Position numbers and translations under genes: made by a program. From Albugo candida (Eukaryota): a stretch of DNA of 64,000 nucleotides. The stretch spans positions 248,001 through 312,000 of the forward strand of contig JBDOQK010000038.1 of the NCBI GenBank assembly GCA_040437565.1, read 5' to 3'. Below, piece by piece: positions 1 through 12,987 of this stretch; the first letter of the stretch is position 1, and every line of letters starts with the position of its first letter. The notes under the pieces are model-generated. The model searched no databases and had not been told where the DNA came from. It saw only the letters and a list, made by a program, of their open reading frames with translations.

Positions 1-1016
1 AGAGTTGTATAGCTGAATCTTCGCGTCTATACATCACTTACGGTGGCATTACGAAACTCTGTCTTGAGACTGACGGATTTCATGCCGTCATTGCGGATAA
101 TGGAATCAAATCTGGGAATCGTACAAGTAGGTTTGAGAAGTGAGTCGCGTACTTTAGCAAATAAAATAATTTGCCAGAAAATTCATTTCTTTTTCTTGTT
201 TTAAGTCTCTTTACGCACGTAGTCAACCAATTTCTTGAACATATGTTTTGTTTGTCCGCTTTAGGCACGAAATAATCAACACAACACGTTCAATCCGCGT
301 TTGTTGCTTCTTCACGCGCAGTATTGGTCAATGTACCTGTAGTAGGCGTAGAGCGAAAGTCTCAGTACCGCAGTCTTATGCCCAACTATCGACTCGTATC
401 ACAGCTGTCACTCTCCCTCCTTTCTAACACAGTGGCGCTCACCAACGTCTGGACATAGCAGTTCTAGTGCTACAACATGTCATTCTGGTTCTCATTGTGT
501 CATGAACGAACAACATGCAACAACGGAACGCCAGAGTTGTCCAATAATTGAAGTTAATTGGCAACTCGTCTATCTCCCAACCCAATTTGTTAGACTTCAC
601 AGAAGAGAAAGATCGCAACAAGTACTCGTCTGATAGAATCAAAGTTTTACAGTACGCGAAATCGCGTCTCCTTGAAGGCATTGCTATCAGTCGTTATCCT
701 ACTCTCAGTTGGAAAAAGCTATTGCATGTAGCTATCTTTCTTATGTGAAAGAAAGTCATCAACAAGAGAGATACAATATTCAGCAGATGAATACAAACTG
801 ATTCGCAAACAAAACCCATTCAATCTTAATGTCGCGTTCCTTTCGCCCACGCATCCAATGACAGAAGCGGTAACCAAGCGGATTAATAGCGGCAATACAC
901 GCTGCTGAGAACCGAAACAGTGGACTGCTTTCCATTCTCCTATACATTTTCTCTGCTTGAAATCCTTACCAGGTGTCGTAATGAGATAGTAATTTCAATA
1001 TATCCAATAGGCCACA

Positions 1017-1165
1017 TGTTGACTCCTCAGCATTGCTTACTATTGTGATAAATTGGAAAGTGTATATTTGTGGATAGGTCCTTAGTTCACTGTTGACTAA
1101 TCTAAGTCTATACCACAGTTTTCTCTATCGTAAAATCTATTCCGTTTGCAACGACATTGCCAACA
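1017..1165 (-). repeat. Copia-type LTR (3' LTR of a decayed element)
   Basis: TGTTG...CAACA termini and the internal AGGTCCTTAGTTC motif shared with the 21094/25822 LTRs. A purine-rich PPT-like tract lies immediately adjacent on the minus strand. Confidence 0.55.
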
Positions 1166-1169
1166 CTGA

Positions 1170-1800
1170 CTTTCCGCGGAACCAATCGTTGGATGTACTC
1201 CGAACATTCTCAGTTGAAAGTTCGTGTGAGTAACATAGATTCCCGAATGTTTTCTTCAACATAACTCTGCTACCTCAATGAAAATAAACTTCCAGAATGA
1301 ACTTGATGCATTGTATTCTACGATTAGACTTTATTGGGTACCGAGTCTTATAATGTTGGATTTATCACATCCAGATTGGCACCCGACATACAAATTTGTT
1401 GCGAACTGACGTCGTCAGCTAGTAATCAGACGATTTGTTTCCTTCCACCAATCGGAATATACGCGGAGTAACTTCACAACATCTTTCTTTCCCTTCAATC
1501 TTCTTTCACTTCGGCACTTCATTCTTGCACGAATCATGTTGAGGAACATAAGTCACAGGATTAAGCAGCACTATCAGTCAAGAAATACCGCAAACAACTT
1601 AGGAGATGGACGAGACTATAGTCTATACTATTGGATGACTTCTCTTTCGAGTCACTTCACTTTCAGGGTTGATATCGCTCCAACATCAGATATCGTGCAT
1701 CCCCAATTTGTCAACAAGGTCAACTGAAAGGCTTCTCTTCTTAACCCCAAAATAGTTCTTGCTTAGTCCCATTCTCCAAGTAGGATTGATAAAACCACCA
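1170..1800 (-). mobile_element. Highly degenerate Copia RT/RNase H remnant
   Basis: Minus-strand fragments such as VDLVDKLGMHD, LRVYSDWWKETNRLITS and VEYNAS resemble Copia RT/RNase H motifs. Many stops; lies next to the LTR at 1017-1165. Confidence 0.35.
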
Positions 1801-4800
1801 ATGCCGAGCCTCAGCTCTGCTTTTTAGTACTGCACAGCGTCGATGCTCCTCATGCGCACGGATAAACTACTATTCTTCTTCAAAACTGCATACCTCACTG
1901 TCAGGACAATAGCACCAAAAGAAAGCTGTAAGAACAACATACATTAGACGAAGGATGGAACTAATCACGGCGTTCTAAGCCTTGTCTGAGTTGCAAGCTG
2001 ACCCTGCGTGTATGGGCGTGTTTAAGGTTGCAAATAAAGCGAACAGTTTGCCAATCTGGCACTGGTGTTCCAAAGCAAAATCAATTTATGAAGAATGGCC
2101 AATGAAAGGTACACGATAATGACGAAGAGTCAATAGTACTTTATGCGGTGGTGAAAGATGTTCGTTATACAGTATGATCAGCACATATGGGTTGAATACT
2201 TTCATTGCGAAGTTGTTGTTGATTGACGCAATTCTATTCTCATACAAGAGTTGAGATATAAGCAGCGTACTCGACAAATTCATTGAGCGTAATTCAAAAG
2301 TGTACTTAGCCGCGTGACATGACGTACAATAAGCCCAGGCTGGCTCTAATCTGTAGGGTACGAGGTACAAACAAAAGATTTATATAAAACGACTATCAGG
2401 GTGATTCAAGACTTTATTGAGAGCTTGAGCCGCAGCTTTTCTACCACTCTATTGAAGTGGTTTCCCAGCGAGGAAGGACGAACAAAGAGTTTCGAATGAC
2501 AGTAATAGACATGCATCAACTACGTTCGACCTGTAGCACGCATTCGCTGGGACCTTCTCTAGAGAGAGTGTTTATTTCGTGTCCCTTCGCATTCAAAGAA
2601 AATGGAGCTGCTCGACTTCGAAACAAACATTTTGAGCACTCTCGAAACAAGGCTGCAGTGGAGATCTACCTGCCACGTGTTTACTGTGATGTCATATTGA
2701 GCGGTCTTCCAGTGTTGTAAAGTCGTGTTATTAAGAATCTAAATCGTAATCATATCTCGTTTGTTGTGCAACTTATTGTGAGATCGTGCCGCAAGCAGTC
2801 TATTTATGCCTGATAAAAGTAGGAGAAAGAACGGTATCAATAATGGCTTCGCCATAAAAATCTTTGAAATAGATGGGATCACTCCGCAGGGACACGTTTG
2901 TGACCTGACTTTCTTGTCACTGTCTTCTCACGGGAACCAATATAACATTAACGATTGGGCAACAATCTCACGCATAAAAGCTCAGGCGCTCAGAAACAAC
3001 ACATTTTCCTTGAAGCTAAGTGATGACCAGTAACGCAATCCAATAAAGACGACGCCACATAGTAGAAAGTGTTGCGTGTAGGCTAATTCGCATTGGAATG
3101 CCATGAGATTTGTTAATGATTTTCTGGTCATATTAACCCGTTGAATATATTTTCATAATATTTAAAAGTCAAGAACGCTCTGTACTCTCAGGAATTCGTA
3201 TGATATATCTTTATATCGCCGATGCTAACCTTCAATCGTTGGAAAGTAATCTGGGAACTTATGATGCATGGCTTGATTTGCCATGTGTCGCTCTCACAAG
3301 ATATTCTCTTGCTTTGCTGCTAATCTGAACTTGCTAAATTGCAAGATCGATACGTCAAAGCTCAACGATTTCCCATCAGCACAATCAAAGAGAGCAATCA
3401 TTGGAAGTATGGAAGTCATTGGCAGGATCTATACGAATAGTCCTCCACTTCAAAGCGTGCAAATCTTCTCAACGCTTACACAAACCGGTAGACTTAAATC
3501 CGCCTTATGCAAAGTGAACTGTTGCTGGTACATTAAAATAGAAAATCTTGGCTACAGGCAAGCAGGTGATGAAAATCTCACCTACTCTACTCTCAAAATA
3601 GTAAGTACTGTTTTCAGTGGAGCACACGTCGATTTTGAAAACAAAGAAAGTCCAGCGCACTTGTCAAGTCAACATATATGGCAAGCATATATGAGAAACA
3701 TCTAATAGATCGAGGGATTGATTCCGTGATGAAAGTGCTTCATTCTGAAGCTTCAAGCCCATTAGGTTGCACCAGGGAGTTGCATCAATCATCAGCCTGA
3801 AGTTGGAATAGGAGAATTCTTTTAATGTCGTTAAAAATACAAGGTCAGTGCCATTTCTTGGAAATAGACGAGCACCAAAAGAGTTCGGTTTAATGGTGTT
3901 AAGTTCTTTGAGTTTGTCAAGGGAACAGCTAGGGGTCTTCGTGTCCCAAAAATATATACTATTATCCAAACCTTCTATATTCTCTGTCCGACTTCACTTG
4001 ATTCAGTACCTAAGTTTCGAGCTTATTTTGTTCGGATTAGCTACATCGCCTTTTTTCATTTCTTAATGAAGCAAACTCTTTCTGAGCTCTGAACAAACAA
4101 CTTTGGTGATGAAATGCAGTAATGAAAATTAAGGGCACCATGTTTTCTTTCCCAGTGGCGTATTTTAGGTGCAATGATGACTTATGGTGTGATTTAAGCT
4201 ACTAAATTCACGTTCGCGTTGTCTGACCAATTGCTGATCATTTAAGCAACGATCAACAACCCTTCCTCGCGTGGTTCGCTTGATATATTACAGTAATAGC
4301 GTCTTTGAAGGCACTGAAACAAATAGCCTCCATTTTATCGTGTTCTTCCATGATTAATATACAGCAATGTACGCGACGATAACGAACAATTGCGTAATAT
4401 GTCTTGTGGTCCCAGCGATCGGAATTATTAACAAAGCATAGTTTCGCTCGTGCAAAAAGACCGAAATTTTGCTCGACTTTAGAGTGTCTATAATAATTCA
4501 CAGCGTGTACAACTAGACCACAAAGAATAAAAGTCACGCAAAGAGACTTTTAAAGTTTTATGAAACGTGGTGGATAGGAAGTTTCTCCTCCTCATTCGTT
4601 GTGCATAAATTTAATCAAGAGCAAGTGATTTTTTTCATCTTCCAGGTGAAAAGATTTGCGAAGTTAGACATATAGCAGAAATCCATCCACAATGCTAACA
4701 CCATTTGTGGTAAAAATCAGCGCCTTATATGCGAAATACAAACAAGTCTTCGAGATGATAGTTGACGGAGGGGTTACTGAGTAGACTGCCTCAGTGTTGA

Positions 4801-4963
4801 TCAAATGAGGATACCTTGTGCATAACAAGTACACGAATCTCATGCTTTCCGATGAAATAGGTTNNNNNNNNNNNNNNNNNNNNNNNNNNNNNNNNNNNNN
4901 NNNNNNNNNNNNNNNNNNNNNNNNNNNNNNNNNNNNNNNNNNNNNNNNNNNNNNNNNNNNNNN

Positions 4964-5267
4964 GAAGTTAGACATATAGCAGAAATCCATCCACAATGCT
5001 AACACCATTTGTGGTAAAAATCAGCGCCTTATATGCGAAATACAAACAAGTCTTCGAGATGATAGTTGACGGAGGGGTTACTGAGTAGACTGCCTCAGTG
5101 TTGATCAAATGAGGATACCTTGTGCATAACAAGTACACGAATCTCATGCTTTCCGATGAAATAGGTTTCTAATCAGAACCTGAAAGCGCCAAAAACTTGC
5201 GCATTACTCAATCTGCAGCGCATAAATGAACTGATACCAATGCCAACGTTCTAATTTCTAGTCTCAT
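4964..5267 (-). pseudogene. 5' part of a secreted-protein pseudogene
   Basis: ATG at 5267 gives MRLEIRTLALVSVHLCAAD*VMRKFLALSGSD*KPISSESMRFVYLLC..., a signal-peptide-like N-terminus with two in-frame stops. Confidence 0.35.
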
Positions 5268-5699
5268 TTTGCTTTGCGTCCCCTTTAGAAATGATGAAGC
5301 ATGAGCGATATCTGCTTCACTGGCCACTGTAGTGCTTCATTGAAGTCTCGAACTCCTAGATTTTCGCCTCGGTCACAGGACCCCACTATGCTACATTTCC
5401 CCACGGCAAGCGAAGTTAGAACGTTTTTCTATTTGTAAGCAGAGAGGAAGCTAACGATTTTATTCAATTGAAATTAGCAGTTTCTTTCCGCTTAGCTACC
5501 TCATTATTGCACCTGGTCGCGGTCCTCTTATCTTTGCGTGCAATCACCTGAACTGGGGCTTCACCTGAATCGATATAAAATGAAGTACCACATCTACCTC
5601 TCCATCTAGGAAGGTGACACTTAACTCTCTTCTCGGAGATCGGTCTTAGTGAGTGGATAGGATGGTCAAATGCGTTATTGTTTATCTTACCACAGGTAC

Positions 5700-6168
5700 A
5701 CAAGCTCGGTTGATCACGTATGGTGCAATTCTCCTAGAGCCTACATTTTTCGACCAGTTAAGTTCAAAGTCCATCATACTCTTGAATTGGAAAGCTTTGT
5801 CAATTTTTCTTGCACCAAACGTTAGCTTTTGAAGTACGGAACATTTTGTTGCAAGAATATTGTGCACCTCTTTTTTTTCATGGTGCTGATACGCCTCAAA
5901 GTTTGACCTTTTTGCACGTTTTCCTATGATCAGCAGGACTTGAAAGACCCCTTGTGAAATGTCGTACGCTGTACAATTTTTCTTTCGTGGATGGAATGAT
6001 AGGAAATAAGGCAGACAAGGTATTCAAACAAAAGAGGAATGTCTATGTAAAGATTTTGGCCTAGGATGAGAGGAAATAGGGCATGGGAGGTATAGAAAAA
6101 AACGATGAATGGCGTTGTATATATGGCAGAGTCATAAGAAAACCCAGAATAAAAGCTCAAAAACCTGT
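5700..6168 (-). pseudogene. Fragment of an uncharacterised lineage-specific gene family (paralog of 39089-39530)
   Basis: MHNILATKCSVLQKLTFGARKIDKAFQ aligns with MHNLLAAKCSALQKLSFGASKIDKEFQ at 39.2 kb, and SFYSGFSYDSAIYTTPF with SFFFGFSYDSAIYTTPF. Similarity stops at the transposon junction near 6168. Confidence 0.55.
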
Positions 6169-6169
6169 T

Positions 6170-8800
6170 AGCGTATCGACATGCCTGCAGATATCAATCC
6201 TTGACGCGTAGACGTCTATGCGATTTCATCTATCGCCTGTCCAGCTCAACCTTCTACGCCTCAACGCCACCCTTGACTTTGCTATACATTTCGATGTATC
6301 GCCAGGGTGTTCGAGCGCGATTACGAATATCCTTCATGCTTACTCTATCAAGGATACCAGGGAGCCTTTCCCAGCGAGGTGAAATTATGATTACATTGGT
6401 TCTGAGCTGCTCTCTTGGCGGCTCCCCAGTACCTCTCGATAAATTTGCACTCAAAGTGGAAGTTGGGGTAATATTCAATAATGTGTTCTGCCTGCTTCAC
6501 CTCCATCTCCAGGGCTGAATCCTGTTCAACAAAATCTGGCTGGGCCATCAAGGTATGCCACCAGCAGCAGTCATTTGTTGGCGGCAATTTCTTGGAATGG
6601 CAATCCAGATTCCAATTTACGTTCGGAGGAGGCCTGATCCCTTTTTCCTTCAGAACCTCTGAGAGAGCAACGTCAGTGGTGAGATCGCATCAGTTTGATT
6701 TTGAAATCACAGAGAAGAAAGCATACCATCTCAATGCCCTTGAAGCAAATCTCTCCATTGTGGGTAAACCACATGGATTGCCAGATTTTTTCTTAAACGA
6801 TGATGTACTATCCATCTTTGTACCGTCTTGGTCTTGAGAGTCATCCTGCCAACCACGAGAGCGTTGAGATCAAACGCCAGATAATTGGAGGATTGGTCGT
6901 AAGAAAAAAGTCCTATGAAAGGAAAAATCAATCCTCAGTTACAACTAGAAATGTGAAACAAGAAATTTGAAAAACTCACCAATACATCCTGGATGAAGAA
7001 TGTTCAAAATGGGGATGGCCTTCTCGTTCAGTTGCCGTACCACGTCTGCACTTTTCCACCAACCATCTCTGTTGTTGCCTGCCTTGATGATTTCTCTGGC
7101 TGATGGTAAAGTGAACCCATTCTCCCTCGATTGCTGATCAGTGAATTTCATTTTCCCATGGCACGGGCACAGAACGTCACTGATCATGATTGATCCCCCT
7201 GGTCTCTTCTTCTTAATCCACCTATCGCCTTCTTTTTCCCAGAACTCCTCTCTTCCATCGTTGCTGTAGAAGGTAGACTCATCATACGTCACATGCACAT
7301 ACTTGTTGTCCCAGACTTCCACCTTGCCCTCCGCCAACACATCCATCTCCTCTTCAGTCCACTCATCCATCTTCGTTTTGTACTTCATCATCCTCTTTTA
7401 CCAACCCTCTCTATACTTCACCACATTCTCCCTTTCATGACCGTCCATATACAGCTGCTTTTAAATTTTCTATTTTTGAATCCCCAGATCTTAAGGTACT
7501 TGACCACTGTCAAGTAGCTGATCTTCCGCTCCTTCTCCTCCAGGACCTTTGGTAAATGGTGTTTTATATAACCATCTGGAGCTTTTTGGGCGATCTTTCA
7601 TTGTGCTTCCTCCCCCTCATCCATGGCAGGCACTCCCAATTGATATCAAGGTTGCCTGGATCTCTCTCCTTTTTGAATGTCGGCCTTTCTGATGTATTGG
7701 AAGGGCTTTGCTGACCAATATTGCTGCAGGCCCAGTCTGACGTCTAGTGCAGTTTGTCGTTGGCTGCAGTAGCTGACGCTTCCTTCTTTCTCACGCCCTA
7801 GTAAAGCCGTCCTTACAGATACTGGAGGATGGCCATAAGTATTATAACAAGATAAGGTGGGAATTTCCCCAGCTTCTTTCTGGTTCTCTATGCCTTTCAG
7901 CCCTTCCTTCAAACCGTTAATGGCCTCTTCGTCCTGTCTTTTTCTTTTCCCTCTTCTCCCTGCTGCTCAGTACTCTTATCTTCTTATGCAATGAACATCT
8001 CCTTTCTTTTAGCTTCTGATCGCTGCTGACCTGCTGGTTGAAGTAGATGTCTAGCCTCTGCAGGTTATTCTCCTTGACATACTTCTCCCTCATCCACTTG
8101 GGAGGTCTTGAGTTCTCTGCCAAGGTATGTAAAGAGTTAGAGGGTAAAGAACTGTTTTGGCAAAAGAAGCCGGCTCACATTTATAGGTAGAAGATCTCTT
8201 CTTCTTCCCCTTCTTTTTTTCTCTACCTGTGCCTGGACAGTAACAATTCCCTCTAGTAGCTGATCTGTGTCTGTTTCCAGCCAGTCTTCTTCCTCTTCAC
8301 CTTCACCTTCAACTTCACCTTCCCTTTTCTCTTCCCCCTTCCTTTCTCTTCCTCTTACTCCTCTCCACTCCAGTCTGACATGAGGCACTGACAGTTGAGA
8401 TCCTCTGTTGCCTCCACCTCTTTCTGCTGTTGTTTCTGTGCCTGGAGCTGCCTCTTTTTGTTGTTGGCTTGGTGCAAGTTGAAAAATAAGTTCAACCTTC
8501 TTTTTTGGGAGGAGTCTTTGTTAAAAAAAATTAAATGTTTTTTTGAGATTTCTTTTTCTATGGTTCGATTCGATAATAAAACACGCAGAACCTTGCCAAC
8601 TTTACTCATATCTACTTTCTTATTTTTAAAAATCAACTTTGAATAATACTGACATAATTCAAATCTCAAAAATTTTGATTCAAATGAACATATTCGAAAA
8701 ATAGCTCTGGTTTATTCACAAAACTCCTTGGATTTGTGGGAAAGGAAATTGTTCGAAATTGACACAAAAAATGTTGATTTTAGGGCAGTCGCACCATACT
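6170..8800 (-). mobile_element. Decayed IS630/Tc1/mariner-type (DDE_3-like) DNA transposon with an intron-containing transposase
   Basis: Motifs HVTYDESTF, GGSIMISD, DGWW..QL.EKAIPI..HPG, YDQSSN, QPDF, YYPNFHFECKFIERYWG and KSHRR. A GTGAG...TCATAG intron at about 6914-6979 joins GCIG to LFSYDQ. Frameshifts and stops throughout. Confidence 0.85.
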
Positions 8801-10279
8801 CTCTCCATCCAAACGTACCAGTGTTCTGTTGTGACGAATAGTACATTGTGTATCAAGATATAACAAAGCAAGCATTCGTCATTAGCAAGGTCAGCTGCCA
8901 CAATAGGAACCATATTTCCTGAATAATTCCAAGAACTTTCGATAAGCGACACATCTTGCAAGAGCTCGCTTTTTCTCGTCTTCTCAATGAGATCGTAAGC
9001 GCACACATCATTACGCATGAACACAATTTCACTGCAAGAAGGATTACCTTTTGTGGTTAAGCACTGTTCAAGCTTTGCCTTTTGAGTTTCTTGGATAGAA
9101 ATCAGGAACGATATAGCAGAGGTGGCGGCCGATGCGATCTTCAGATTATCGAGACATTTCTTGAAAAACTTCAAAGATCGATAGTAACCTACCACACATT
9201 CGGTGTACTGAATAGAAGTAATTGCCGTACCTGGCGCATACAGTGAGCTTCGATCTCGGATCTCTGACATATCTATCTGTAATTGGTATTCTTCGTAGCA
9301 GGTCTTTAGCTCAACTTCTTCAATAGTTAGAGAAGGGTCCTCATAGCGTAAACGCAAATAAGATCTATCCGTTTGAAACCAAACGAGTAAGAACGTAGAA
9401 TCAGCCTGCTCCATACCGGTCTTCATCCAATACGATGTTTAGATTGCTAATGATTTGCATGCGGACGGGAAACCACATCTTATATGTCCCGTCGAAACTT
9501 TTCTTTCCAGGCTTGATCTTGACCTCCATACATTTCAAAAATGGTGCAGCTTTCGAGTTCATCGGTAAATTTTCGAAATTTACACCCGGCGTCATCGTGT
9601 TGTCATATGAAAGGTGTTGCGTACCGTGGATAACCGAACACCCATCGTCAAATTTTTCTCCTTTCGAATGTAAACCTTGGCAAACCTCAATAGCTAGGCA
9701 AGCCTCGGCAATCTCAAGTCTTGAAGACGATGTGTACATAACATGAGCTACTAATTCGTCGTCAAACATCGTGACGAAAAAGTCTCCAAGTCTGGATTCG
9801 CTTCGCCGTATCAGACATCTTCTGCAATTTTCTTCATCGAAATTTGAAAATTGAACTAGACAGACCATTTTTTTCTCTTTGCTATCGCCTCCAACCTTAT
9901 GGATAACTGGAGGATTCACTATTTTTCCCGCTGAATCAGATTCTATTGGATTCGTAGATGCCAGGGTTTTGAAAGATGATCTCTTGTTACAACGTCTAGT
10001 CATGCAGAGAGTATGTATTCGGTGGTGACTACGCAAAGAAGCAGTTATCTTGAGATCGAGACTGAGTGTACTAATGGCCGTGATTTGAATGTTTTCAACA
10101 CCTGCCGTATCGAAAAGCCAAGTATGCTGTCCTGCGTAATCGCACCATAAATCGTCCTCACTTTCAAACCAAGGAGCCCCGAAGCGGTATACTTGCTCGT
10201 AAAGTTGGGCATAAGTAATATGCAACTGAATTGCTGCTAATGAGCACGCGATAATGCGTGCACCTCGTTGTGATGACAT
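8716..10279 (-). pseudogene. CCG/CHxC-like secreted effector, frameshifted near 9420 with a degenerate CCG motif
   Basis: Signal-like MSSQRGARIIACSLAAIQLHITYA, then QHTWLFDTAGVENI (CxxCxxxxxG position with both Cys replaced). Internal CRRCLI and CLLCYI repeats. Two overlapping ORFs total about 500 aa; the 3' end runs into AT-rich transposon sequence near 8800. Confidence 0.65.
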
Positions 10280-10300
10280 TGAGCAAAACCGAACCGGAGG

Positions 10301-10316
10301 AAATTATTGAATGAAA
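10301..10316 (-). promoter_or_regulatory. Oomycete INR+FPR core promoter element
   Basis: TTTCATTCAATAATTT is a close match to the consensus GCTCATTYBNNNWTTY, about 20 nt upstream of the ATG at 10279. Confidence 0.55.
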
Positions 10317-12987
10317 TTATGAAAACGAGTGATCCAGCCATTCCGTATGAGAAAATTCAAGTAATAGATACCACTATGTTCAGTTCATTTGCTACCTCTA
10401 TTTGAGAAAAAAAACAAGGTTATGTATAATCGTTGCATATCCTTAGAAAAAAACCCTAGTGATACACATTCTTGGCTTCCATATTTCAAACCATTCAAAA
10501 AGTCCAGTCGAGATGTACAACTTCTATTCAACACCACGAACTCATACCTACTTTATCATACCAGAGTTTCGTATCGAGACAATCATTAGGTCATCTAGAG
10601 GGCATTTTATCTCACAATGTACGCCTTTACCCTAGAAATGATTTCTTCCAGGTTTAAGGTAGGTCCTTAGTTGGTTTTGCAAATGATGGAGCCTTTCATG
10701 GATGAAGTGCTGTGCCGGCGTCCATTCCATTCGCAGTCATTCCGGCTTATTATATGCTGTCTGTACCTACATGTCAACTATGGTGACTTGATACGATCCC
10801 ATTAGGTTCCGTATTCAACGTCCTAACTGGCGAAATTGGCGACAAGAAGGAAAATACGTGACATCAACGCACAAAAATCACCGCTAGCATCTGATCTCGA
10901 AAGAGGCAACACCTTGACTTCGTCTCGGCCATCGAAGATCTTCACAAAAACGCAAGTCCAAGTCTAGAGCAATATCAGAGCACAAAACAAGAGTTTCTGG
11001 CATCCTTGAACTCGCACTGAACGACCTTGTACATCAACGACGCGTTCTTCGATCAATAGGTTGTTATCGTTTGAAGTGATTTACACGAAGCAAGTAGAAT
11101 GCATTGGCCATTAGAAGGCAAAACAACAGAGAGGACATGGTGGATTTCTGCTTTGGTTCCATCTCGCTTCAATAGAGCCATCTGTTCCGTGCATATGCGC
11201 TTCCGACACGATTTGATCAGCTATTAGGATGCAGTTAGCGTTGAGTCGCATCACTTGATTTTGGTAGCATTCATGTCAGGTGCGACCACGGGTGTTTACG
11301 CGTCCGATTAATGATTGCTTACATTTGCGTAGTCTTTATCTCTCTCTGACTCCGACGACCAGTTGACGCAATCAGTTCTATGCGACTTTCGTTACATGAT
11401 GATGCGGGCTTGAAAGCTGTAGCGGTACGAGCTGGAACACGTAACACGAGATATGAGCGTTAGATGTACAAAGAAGACGCTTTACTTCTTCACATCTAGA
11501 TCCTCTCCGAGACTGAGTGCGTTTGTAGTCAATGTTCTTCGATCATTGCTTTGGCTTCGCAGTCGCAAAATGACTTCTAGCTTGGATGTCATTGATAACT
11601 TAAAAATCTGTCCTATCTATTTTTGAACTGATCACGCCCTTCGCAACCTGAGAATTGTGGATGAATTGAAAGTCCTGAACCTGAAGCTTCTTGCTTGGAT
11701 CTTTTCACACACACACAAAAATTGCTAGGGGTTTCAATAAAAAAGTGTTTTCAAGAAAAAATTGCTAAGAATGACGCTAGGCATTTCAAGGTCTGGCTCA
11801 ATGATTCGTGTCAAGTGTAGCTGTGTGCATACCGATGTAGCATAATTGTTTCCTGCTGAATTTCCTACACGGGGTCCACGTCGAGGTGATACACAAAGAT
11901 ACTTGCAAATATCTGTTCATGCGTTGAAGGCAGTAGGAAGGTTCCAGTGCTAACGGCAGCCATCATCATTGACGGAAAAGAATAGAGGAAGCGAATGGAT
12001 TCCTTAATGAAGGAATACATGTTTCTGATCTGGCTTTGCATGCTGTTGAGCGCCAGCGAATCATATTCTGGATGAGTTGCTCATTACAAATCGAAATGCT
12101 TTAGTTAGTATGTCAATTTTGAGTCTAATGGCGTGCGACTTAAAGATGCGCTCGGACAAAATCTACCGCTTTGTAAAGTATATCGCGTGATGCAATGTGA
12201 CAAAAAGGTACTTCAGAAGTGCTAAAAAATCCACTTTTGAGATCACTTCCACTCGATTTGATCTTAAAATTGAGCACTACGTGATTGAGGCTCGTGGATA
12301 TGGCATTGGGTTAGACGTTTGACATACTTGTTTACGTGCAACAATTCGTGAAAAACAGTTAGAGGTCGTTCGGGTTTGTAGCCCATATTGCGCAAAGCAA
12401 AGCTATTTATCGTGCTCATCTGCAACGCAAAAAAAACAATAGATTCATTAGTATACTTTCTATGTAAGAACCGCTGCATCGAAGCTGATGTAGTAATTAT
12501 TTAAAAGATAGAATAGTATTCATTTAAAAAAATATGCCGATATCATTCAATTGTACGCCTAGTGACGTTTCATTCTATCTCCAATCCAGCAATAGCAAAT
12601 CCCGCAAGTTGAACAAGAGATCCAATCTAACTTTCCTGCCGGTTCGCAAAACGTTACTTAAGTGGAGAGGTTCACTCTTTGAAGTAAACACAAAAGAGTA
12701 TACTGAGAATCGACCACATCTAATATATAGCGATATCGAAATAGATCGCGCGGGGATGAGCAAGGGGACTCTCCTGAACATCGACTTTATACATTGGTCA
12801 CGGCGTGTATTTCTGGATGGCGCTTCGTCATACGTAGTGCTGCAGCTGACACTGTTCACACGTCCGGTACTGCTGATCAAGTAATGTGAGAGAAAGGAAA
12901 CAAACAAATTGACACGCAAATGACACGTTCTTTTTTCAAAAGTTTGACTGCACACAATCAATGAATCTACTCTTTGTAATTCACAGT

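Noticed and set aside
4660-5165. Direct repeats flanking N gaps (also about 14127-14295, 47895-48378 and 59419-59596)
   Set aside because: Same scaffolding artefact pattern: the sequence before the gap is repeated exactly after it.
8137-8470. Glu/Lys/Gln-rich low-complexity ORFs as separate genes
   Set aside because: They are most simply the frameshifted N-terminal region of the adjacent transposase.
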